DNA of 25,363 nucleotides, taken from positions 1 to 25,363 of the forward strand of contig JANOQV010000093.1 in assembly GCA_031414955.1 (NCBI GenBank). The letters run 5' to 3'. The position numbers and the translations under genes were made by a program. The notes below the pieces were generated by a model that was not told where the DNA came from, made no database searches, and saw only the letters and a program-made list of their open reading frames with translations. Below are positions 9,896 to 16,664 of this stretch, in pieces; positions within the stretch are counted from its first letter, which is position 1; each line of letters opens with the position of its first letter. The stretch comes from Pedosphaera sp. (lineage in GTDB: Bacteria; Verrucomicrobiota; Verrucomicrobiia; Limisphaerales; SIBH01).

Positions 9896-11359
9896 ATGAA
9901 AAGAAACAGTCTGCTCAACCGCTGCGCGGCGCTCCTGCTCGCGGCGCAACTTCTCACTCCGGCGACCCCGCTGCTGGCCTCGAGCCACATGGACGCGCCG
10001 CTCGCCGTCCTCGATCCGGCGGCCAACACCACGGACGTGTACGCGTTCGTGGATCAGGACGGGACGAACAAGAACCTAGTCGTGGCCCTGAGCGTTTATC
10101 CGCACCAGGAGCCGGGCATCGGGCCGAACAAGTACAACTTCGACCCGGCCGTGCTCTACGAAATCCATGTCGCCCTCGGCGACGACGTGGCGGCGGGACG
10201 CAAGACGCTCAGCTACCAGTTCCAGTTTGCGACCACGTTTCGGAACCCGAACACCATCCTGCAATCCTACCTCGGCGTGATCACCAACATCGCCGACAGC
10301 GCGCAGAACCTCGTCCAGAGCTACACGGTGACGAAGGTGGATCACCGCCGGCACGGCCGGAAGACTGTGCTCGGCACCGGCCTTGTGCCGCCGAACAACC
10401 AGGGCATCGCCACGCCATTCTACAATCAGGGCGACAACGGCGCGAACCCCGCCAAGCAGGGCGTCGCGACCGAGGGCGAACTGGATCGCTACACCGCCCA
10501 GGCCATCACGAACCTGAGCGGCTACACCGCCTTCGCCGGCCAGCGCGACGACGGTTTCTACGCCGACATCCAGTCCATCTTTGATCTCCTGCAACTGCGC
10601 AATCCCGGCAAGGACTCGCAGGGCGGCTACAACCTGCACCTGATGGCTCTCGAGATTCCCGTAAGCGAACTCGGCGGCGATCAGCAGAGTGTCGGCGTGT
10701 ATGCGACCACGAGCCGCCGGCAGGTGCGCGTGCTGCGCAAGGAAGAAAACCGCAACTCCGGCCCCTGGGTGCAGGTGGCGCGGCAGGGCAACCCGCTCTT
10801 CAACGAGGGTCTCGTGGCCATCGCCGACAAAGACCTGTACAGCCGCTCCAGCCCATCCAGCGACAACAAGCTCTTCCGCAAGTACGCCGAGACGCCGGAA
10901 CTGGCCGGGCTGATCAATGCCCTTCTCCTCGGTGGCAGCGCGCCGACCATCACCACCGGGCGCACGGACATCGCGGGCATCTTCATTCCCGATCTGATCA
11001 AGGTGGATCTCTCGACCAGCAAGGCGCGCTTCGCCGGCGGCGGACCCAACCATCCGACCAACCCGGATGACACCGGCTATTCACGCCTGAGCATCTTCGG
11101 CGGCGACGTGCTGACCAGCGCGATCCAGCCCGGCTTCGGCGGCGGCACCATTCCCGGCGGCTGGCCCAATGGCCGGCGCTTCGGCGACGACGTGGTGGAC
11201 ATCGCGGTCAACGCGCTGATCAGCGACCTGCGCGTCTCCCCGCCGGTGATCAACCTGTTCCCTCCGGGCGACGGCGTGCTCTCGAACGACATGGCCTTTA
11301 GCAAGGTATTCCCCTACGAGGCGACACCGCAGAACGGCCGCAACCATTCGCATCCGTAA
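9896..11359 (+). CDS. DUF4331 domain-containing secreted protein
   Basis: Signal peptide followed by ASSHMDAP...DxTDVYAF-like segment, YNFDPAVLYEIHV, FAGQRDDGFYAD, WVQVARQGNPLFNEGL and GWPNGRRFGDDVVD, all typical of DUF4331. Start placed at ATG 9896. Confidence 0.88.
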   Translation: MKRNSLLNRCAALLLAAQLLTPATPLLASSHMDAPLAVLDPAANTTDVYAFVDQDGTNKNLVVALSVYPHQEPGIGPNKYNFDPAVLYEIHVALGDDVAAGRKTLSYQFQFATTFRNPNTILQSYLGVITNIADSAQNLVQSYTVTKVDHRRHGRKTVLGTGLVPPNNQGIATPFYNQGDNGANPAKQGVATEGELDRYTAQAITNLSGYTAFAGQRDDGFYADIQSIFDLLQLRNPGKDSQGGYNLHLMALEIPVSELGGDQQSVGVYATTSRRQVRVLRKEENRNSGPWVQVARQGNPLFNEGLVAIADKDLYSRSSPSSDNKLFRKYAETPELAGLINALLLGGSAPTITTGRTDIAGIFIPDLIKVDLSTSKARFAGGGPNHPTNPDDTGYSRLSIFGGDVLTSAIQPGFGGGTIPGGWPNGRRFGDDVVDIAVNALISDLRVSPPVINLFPPGDGVLSNDMAFSKVFPYEATPQNGRNHSHP

Positions 11360-11374
11360 ATCAAAGAGGTGGGG

Positions 11375-11403
11375 ACGGCGGCCGGACAGCCGGCCGCCGT
11401 TTT
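11375..11403 (+). terminator. Hairpin after DUF4331 gene (weak intrinsic terminator or mRNA-stabilising stem)
   Basis: Perfect 11-bp stem acggcggccgg-acag-ccggccgccgt followed by only a short T run. Confidence 0.6.
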
Positions 11404-11418
11404 GCCCTTCATGCGACC

Positions 11419-12858
11419 ATGAAAATTTTTTGTCCATCCCTGTCCCTGAACCGGAGCGCGGGCTTTCCAGCCCGCAGCAATCCCCAAATGTTCCGCAGGC
11501 CTGGCCGGAGACCAGTCGCTGGCTTATCCACGCTGCTGCGGGCTGGAAAGCCCGCGCTCCGGTTCAGTGGTTCAAGGGGTGAAATTCTGCTTCGGAGAAT
11601 TCTCTCCCCGGTGCATGGCGGCGGGTGCATCCGCGAGTGCCGCCTGCACGCCGCAATGCTCCCCGACCGATGCGTTGCCCCGGCTTGGTCCGTTGCACTG
11701 CGCACGCCGGAGTCCGCGAAGCGGGAGCTGCCGGTTTGGAAAACGGCGCTCCGGTCCGGCGCACGGCTGATCGTCCTCGGGCATTTATGCCTGGCCGTCT
11801 GTCTCTTCGCCGTCCTCGAGACTCGCGCGCACGACGCCGGCCTGAGCACGGCGACCGTGCTCTGGGAGTCCGGCCGGATGGACGCCTCGTTGACCTTCGC
11901 CCTCCAGGACGCCGGACAGTTGGCTGCGCTTGATGCGGATCAGGACGGAAAGATTTCTCCAGCGGAGTTCGCCACAGGCCGGGCGGAACTGGGCCGTCGC
12001 GTGGCGGTGAGTTTTCAAGTCCGCCAAGAGGGCAAGACTCACACGCCTGAATCCGTGGGTTGCCGGCTGGATGAAAACAACAACGTGGAGGTGAAGCTGT
12101 TGTTCTCCGCCCTCACCTCCGGGCCTGCGACCATCCAGTCAAAGCTGCTTGGCTCGCTGGCGGGCGGTCATCGCCAACTGCTGTCCGTGCGCGAGCCGGG
12201 CGGGCGTTCGCTGGCTTCGCGGCTGCTGCACGCGAAGGAGGACTCCGCCCTCGTGACGCCGCCCGACGAGGCAGCGGCGGCTTCCGCGCTCGCCGCGCCC
12301 GCACGCTTCGCCGGATTTGTTGCGCTCGGGGTGAAGCACATCTGGACCGGCTACGACCATTTGCTCTTCCTGTTTGCCCTGCTGGTGGTGACGCGCCGGC
12401 TGGCCGACGCGCTGAAAATCATCACCTGTTTCACCCTCGCGCACTCGATCACGCTGGCGCTGGCGACCTTCAACTTCGTCGCGGTGCCGGCCCGCGTGGT
12501 GGAGCCGCTCATCGCCGCGTCGATCGTTTACGTAGGGTTGGAGAATCTCCGGCGCGGCGGCGAGCCGCGCGGGCGCTGGCTGCTGACCTTCGTCTTCGGA
12601 TTGATCCACGGCTTTGGGTTCGCGTCGGTGCTGCGTGAGATGGGCGTGGGCACGGATGGAGGCGGCGTGGCGCTGCCGCTGTTCTCCTTCAACCTCGGCG
12701 TGGAACTGGGGCAGCTCGCGGTGGCGGCCCTGTTGCTCCCGTTGATCGCATGGTGCCGCTCGCGGCCGGTCTTCGTCACCCGCTGGGTGCCGGCCTGTTC
12801 CGTGGTGGTAGCGCTGGCCGGCGGCTTCTGGTTCGCCCAACGTGTCCTGGGTTATTGA
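11419..12858 (+). CDS. HupE/UreJ family membrane protein (HupE_UreJ_2 type) with N-terminal extracytoplasmic domain; start uncertain (11419, 11488 or 11656)
   Basis: GVKHIWTGYDHLLFLFAL, CFTLAHSITL, VEPLIAASI, FGLIHGFGFA, FNLGVELGQ. Signal-like segment ends in ...TRA|HD. Confidence 0.88.
   Translation: MKIFCPSLSLNRSAGFPARSNPQMFRRPGRRPVAGLSTLLRAGKPALRFSGSRGEILLRRILSPVHGGGCIRECRLHAAMLPDRCVAPAWSVALRTPESAKRELPVWKTALRSGARLIVLGHLCLAVCLFAVLETRAHDAGLSTATVLWESGRMDASLTFALQDAGQLAALDADQDGKISPAEFATGRAELGRRVAVSFQVRQEGKTHTPESVGCRLDENNNVEVKLLFSALTSGPATIQSKLLGSLAGGHRQLLSVREPGGRSLASRLLHAKEDSALVTPPDEAAAASALAAPARFAGFVALGVKHIWTGYDHLLFLFALLVVTRRLADALKIITCFTLAHSITLALATFNFVAVPARVVEPLIAASIVYVGLENLRRGGEPRGRWLLTFVFGLIHGFGFASVLREMGVGTDGGGVALPLFSFNLGVELGQLAVAALLLPLIAWCRSRPVFVTRWVPACSVVVALAGGFWFAQRVLGY
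11446..11567. repeat. REP/REPIN-like doublet (family C, copy 1)
   Basis: Perfect 34-bp inverted repeat ctgaaccggagcgcgggctttccagcccgcagca (11446-11479 / 11534-11567) with a 54-nt spacer. Confidence 0.9.
11729..11754 (-). repeat. Single REP-like unit related to family C
   Basis: Minus strand reads ccGGAGcgccgttttccaaaccggca, the same GGAG-foot + hairpin layout as GGAGcgcgggctttccagcccgca. Confidence 0.5.
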
Positions 12859-12872
12859 AGCTTTAAATGATC

Positions 12873-12899
12873 TGCATCCGGCATGGGCCAAGGTTCGGA
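12873..12899 (+). promoter_or_regulatory. Putative autoregulatory ECF promoter TGCATCCG-N15-CGGA
   Basis: Second copy of the motif at 8370-8396 with identical spacing, in the gap before the sigma gene. Confidence 0.65.
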
Positions 12900-13028
12900 A
12901 TTCATTTCGCTCAGCGACAAAATTCGCCCGCAGCAACTGCTGAGAGGCAACAAGCTCAAGCCCTCCCGGGGCCGACGCGCCAAAGTTCGGGTTGCTTCCC
13001 GGGGCCGGAACTCTATCCTGCGCGCCCG

Positions 13029-13604
13029 GTGAGGAGTGCCCGACAAATTTCCGACTGCTGCGAGGACGCCGAGTTGCTGGCGCGGGTGGCGCGCGGCGAT
13101 ACCGAGGCTTTCGCGCAACTCTACGACCGTTGCTTCACGCTCCTTTTTTCGCTGGTGGTCCGCATGTTGCACGACGAACACGAAGCCGAGGATGTCTTGC
13201 AGGAGGCGTTCACCACGATCTGGGAACGCGCGCCGCAATACGATCCCGCCGCCGGCAAGCCGGTGACGTGGATGATTTGCCTCACCCGCAACAAGGCCAT
13301 CGACCGGCTGCGCAAACGAAAGCGCCAGGCCGCCCTGATGATGGAGACGGAGGAATCCGCCGCTATGTTGATGACGGTGGCGGAGGAAGGCGCGACCGGC
13401 ATGACCTCGGACGAGTCGTCTCTGGTGCGCCAGGCAATGGGCGCCCTGTCCGCCGAACAGCGCCGGGCCATCGACCTGGCCTTCTTCGCCGGGCTGACGC
13501 ATACGGAGATTGCCGAACAACTCGGGGAGCCGGCGGGCACCATCAAGGCGCGCATCCGCCGGGGCATGTTGACGATGCGGGACATTTTGAAAGGCCAGTT
13601 GTGA
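13029..13604 (+). CDS. ECF RNA polymerase sigma-70 factor (SigK/RpoE-like); start uncertain, GTG 13029 chosen
   Basis: Region 2: DAELLARVARGDTEAFAQLYDR, EAEDVLQEAF, TWMICLTRNKAIDRLRK. Region 4: LSAEQRRAIDLAFFAGLTHTEIAEQLGEPAGTIKARIRRG. Confidence 0.93.
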   Translation: MRSARQISDCCEDAELLARVARGDTEAFAQLYDRCFTLLFSLVVRMLHDEHEAEDVLQEAFTTIWERAPQYDPAAGKPVTWMICLTRNKAIDRLRKRKRQAALMMETEESAAMLMTVAEEGATGMTSDESSLVRQAMGALSAEQRRAIDLAFFAGLTHTEIAEQLGEPAGTIKARIRRGMLTMRDILKGQL

Positions 13605-14212
13605 ATTGCACTGAACTACAGGAGTTGGCGGCGCTCCAGGCGCTCGGCGCCCTGGACGCGGCGGACGCGGCGCGTTTGCGCGCAGCCATCGCCCACGATC
13701 CGGACGCCCAGGCCGAGGTCGCGGCGTTGCAGGACGCGGGCGCGGCGCTGGCTCATCTGGCCGGCCAGCGGAAATCGCCCCCGCCGGCCTTGCGCGCGCG
13801 ACTGCTGGAAAAAATCGCTCACACACAGCAGCTCCCAAAGGCCGCTGTCTCGTCGCCGGTGCCCCCGGCCCGCCCCGGCTTTCACTTCCTCGGTCCCAAC
13901 GAAGGCGAATGGATGTCGACGCCCATTCCGGGCATTCGCATGAAGGTCATGTCCGTCAACCGTGAGACGGGCTACTGGATGGTCAAGGCCGAGCTGGCCG
14001 CGGGCGCGCGTTTCCCGCATCACGAACATCGCGGCGCGGAAGACCTCTACATCGTCTCGGGTGATCTGCACAACGAGGGGCGAATCCTCGGGCCCGGTGA
14101 TTTCATCCACGCCGAGCCCGGCACCGATCACGGCGAACTTTATTCCCCCGGCGGTTGCCTGGCTTTGCTGATCGAGAAAGCTCCTCCCGAAGTCTTGGCT
14201 CAATTGGGTTGA
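13601..14212 (+). CDS. Anti-sigma factor with C-terminal ChrR-like cupin domain
   Basis: GTG start overlaps the sigma stop (GTGA, translational coupling). N-terminal ASD-like helix ELAALQALGALD...PPPALRARLL. Cupin motifs GARFPHHEHRGAEDLYIVSGDL and LGPGDFIHAEPGTDH. Confidence 0.87.
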   Translation: MNCTELQELAALQALGALDAADAARLRAAIAHDPDAQAEVAALQDAGAALAHLAGQRKSPPPALRARLLEKIAHTQQLPKAAVSSPVPPARPGFHFLGPNEGEWMSTPIPGIRMKVMSVNRETGYWMVKAELAAGARFPHHEHRGAEDLYIVSGDLHNEGRILGPGDFIHAEPGTDHGELYSPGGCLALLIEKAPPEVLAQLG

Positions 14213-14571
14213 GAGCCTGCGCCACCCGGAGGAGCGAGCCGTCTCACCGCCGCGATCAGGTCGGGCCGGAGAAAAGGCTTCGAAAGAAAACCATCGCATT
14301 GAAGTCCGGCGGCGGAACCGTGGGCGCTCATCAGGAGCACGGGAATGTGCCGGGTCGCCGGGTCGGACTTGAGCTGGGCCGCGAGTTCGTCGCCCATGAG
14401 ACCGGGCATCCGGATGTCCGAGACGACCACGGCGGGGAGCAATTCGCGAATCAGCGCCAGCCCGCTTTCGCCGTCGTGCGCCGTGAACACCTCGAAGCCG
14501 GAGGCGCGCAGCATCATCGCGCACGCCTCGGCCACCAGTTCTTCGTCATCAATGACCAGTACCCGAATCAT
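14200..14571 (-). CDS. Stand-alone response regulator receiver (CheY-like) protein
   Basis: VLVIDDE, SDIRMPG (phospho-Asp), LMSA, FLSKPF. 123 aa with no output domain. Confidence 0.92.
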   Translation of the reverse strand: MIRVLVIDDEELVAEACAMMLRASGFEVFTAHDGESGLALIRELLPAVVVSDIRMPGLMGDELAAQLKSDPATRHIPVLLMSAHGSAAGLQCDGFLSKPFLRPDLIAAVRRLAPPGGAGSQPN

Positions 14572-14665
14572 GGACTTTTATCGACTCAATCAGACCCTTC
14601 CCAAAGTCATCAGTGCGCCGGGCACAGGCTGTTACTCAAGGGTGCAACGCGGCACCCGCACCAAG

Positions 14666-14776
14666 CGGAGCGCGGGCTTTCCAGCCCGCAGCAATTCTCG
14701 ACGATCAAAAGCGCCAGTCTGGGAAGCGGACTTGCCGCCCTCTCTCAGCGGTGCGGGCTGGAAAGCCCGCGCTCCG
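14666..14776. repeat. REP/REPIN-like doublet (family C, copy 2)
   Basis: Perfect 25-bp inverted repeat (14666-14690 / 14752-14776). Bases 14666-14695 are identical to 11452-11481. Confidence 0.9.
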
Positions 14777-14784
14777 TCCGTGAC

Positions 14785-16287
14785 TCAGGCTGCCTGCGCG
14801 CAAAATGGTTTTCCGTCCCGTCGGCAGAGCAACTGGATCACCTGCCGTCCGGAATAAATGCTGGGCGGCACGCCGCCGCCGGGCATGACCCATTGTCCGG
14901 CCATGTAGAAATTCGCCAGGCCGGGCAGGGTTTTCTTCACCGTGGCCCGCATGGTCTTCGGCGTGGGCAGCCAGCCCATGAAGGCGCCCTGATGATTCAA
15001 CGTGTAGCGCCAGGTGGTGAGCGGCGTGGCGATGTCACGAACCTCGACCTGCGCGGTGATTCCGGGGTATTGGGTTTCCAACCGCGCCAGAACCTCGTCG
15101 GCCACGCGCTTCTTCTCGGCGGCGTAGCGCGGTTGGTCCTTCTGCAACTCGTTCCAGTAATCCCAGTCCGTGTGGACCAGCGCCTGCACCACGGTGCGGC
15201 CGGGCGGCGAAAACTTTTTGCCGTAATTGAACAGGCGCACCGGAAATCCGGGGATCGTCACGCGGCCAATGACCAACGGCTCCCTGAGGAACAGAAAGTT
15301 CAGCGGCGGCTCGCCGGGGAATTCCCGCGCCACGCCGAAGCTCAACGTGACGACGGGCGGGAGCAGCTTCCAGTTCGCGAACCGCTCTGTGATCGCCTTA
15401 TCTACGTAGCGACCGCCCAGCAGATGGAAGATCGTGCTGCGGCTGTCCCCCGCGCCGACCACCACGTCCGCGCGCAGTTCGCTGCCGTCGGCGAGGCGCA
15501 CACCCACGGCGCGATCCTGCTCCACGAGAATTTCCTTCACCGTGGAGTTGTATTGCACCTCGCCGCCCAGTTCCGCGTAGCGATCCGCGATGCTGGCGGC
15601 AAAATCGGCGCAGCTTCCTTCGAGCAGGCCCATCTGCTTGTTGGCCAGCAGACCGAGAATGAGCATGACAAACCACACCGGCACGTCCGGCAGAAAGAGA
15701 TCGCCCATGATGCGGCGCAACTCCGCGCTCTGGAAGGCCCGTGCGTATTCCTCCATGGGCTTGTTGAACTCCGGCCCGAAGTAGCGCAGTACGCGGCGCA
15801 TGCCCCAGAGCTGCTTGAGCGGACCGAACAGACCCATCAGTTCCGGCGGCGTTTCCATCAGCCCGAACAGATCGGCGCGGCGCATGGCCTTGGCCCCCGC
15901 GATGAATCCGGCGATGAGCTTTGTGTCCGCCGGTGCGAGTTGGTTCAGGTCGCGTTCGAGACGGTCGAGGTCGTGGGTGAAACTGATCTGCTTGCCCGTC
16001 ACCTCGTCGGTGAAACGCACGAAGGTGTCGAGGTCGGGATAGCGGCGGTTCTTGAGGATGCCGAGCTGCCGGTAAACGTCATGGCAGGCCTGGCCGGGCT
16101 TGTGGCCCATCAAATAATGAATCCCGCCGTCAATGAGATAGCCCTGGTTCGGCCAGGCCGTGGCCACACCGCCCGGTTCGCTGTGATGCTCGACGATGCG
16201 CGTGCGGTAGCCGTTCATGCGGCCGTAAATGCCGGCGGACAACCCGGCCACTCCCGCGCCGATGATGAGAATTGATGTTTCAGCCAT
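14785..16287 (-). CDS. FAD-dependent oxidoreductase, phytoene desaturase-like family (COG1233)
   Basis: Start placed at ATG 16287 (MAETSILIIGAGVAGL, GxGxxG). Motifs GYLIDGGIH, DIATPLTTWRYT and LANFYMAGQWVMPGGGVP. Confidence 0.88.
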   Translation of the reverse strand: MAETSILIIGAGVAGLSAGIYGRMNGYRTRIVEHHSEPGGVATAWPNQGYLIDGGIHYLMGHKPGQACHDVYRQLGILKNRRYPDLDTFVRFTDEVTGKQISFTHDLDRLERDLNQLAPADTKLIAGFIAGAKAMRRADLFGLMETPPELMGLFGPLKQLWGMRRVLRYFGPEFNKPMEEYARAFQSAELRRIMGDLFLPDVPVWFVMLILGLLANKQMGLLEGSCADFAASIADRYAELGGEVQYNSTVKEILVEQDRAVGVRLADGSELRADVVVGAGDSRSTIFHLLGGRYVDKAITERFANWKLLPPVVTLSFGVAREFPGEPPLNFLFLREPLVIGRVTIPGFPVRLFNYGKKFSPPGRTVVQALVHTDWDYWNELQKDQPRYAAEKKRVADEVLARLETQYPGITAQVEVRDIATPLTTWRYTLNHQGAFMGWLPTPKTMRATVKKTLPGLANFYMAGQWVMPGGGVPPSIYSGRQVIQLLCRRDGKPFCAQAA

Positions 16288-16452
16288 GTGTGCGAAGACC
16301 CTCACAGCACAACACGGCGGCGTGTGTCCCCACAAGAATTTTGCGGGTAACGAGGTGATGCTTTTCCACACCCGCCAAAGGAGTCGCAGCAACATTTCTC
16401 GACCGGCCCTTCGGTCTCTCCTGAAGCGCTAAACCGTATCCATGCAGTTGAA

Positions 16453-16595
16453 GCCTCACGCAAAGGCCGCAAAGGACGCGAAGGACAGAGCCAGAGCGGG
16501 ATTTTCTAATCCAGGGCAGCCCCACTAATCAGTGCGGGATCCATGCGGGTCGGAACCCGAATTCCTTCGCGCCCTTTGCGGACTTTGCGTGAGGC
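16453..16595. repeat. Inverted-repeat element built from 9-nt units (CGCAAAGG[C/A]) (family E)
   Basis: Arms 16453-16485 and 16563-16595 are 31/33 reverse-complementary. Each arm carries three 9-nt units. Confidence 0.85.
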
Positions 16596-16664
16596 ATCCC
16601 AATTCTCGACCACACCGTTCCGGCTAAAACTGGTTTCGACTTGGTGGCCGCAGTAAGCGGTTCG

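Noticed and set aside
11626..11652. Third TGCATCCG just upstream of ATG 11656
   Set aside because: The -10 position reads CGCC rather than CG(T/G)A and it lies among repeat remnants. Not called, though a weak promoter cannot be excluded.
12992..13600. 406-aa ORF suggesting a long N-terminal extension of the anti-sigma overlapping the sigma gene
   Set aside because: The first ~200 aa are Arg/Gly-rich off-frame sequence. GTG 13601 coupled to the sigma stop is the better start.
14785..16287. Assigning the symbol crtI
   Set aside because: Family-level motifs only, with no carotenoid gene context.
5505..16595. Periodic or palindromic repeats considered as CRISPR arrays
   Set aside because: They occur as inverted pairs, not direct repeats with regular unique spacers, and no cas genes are present.
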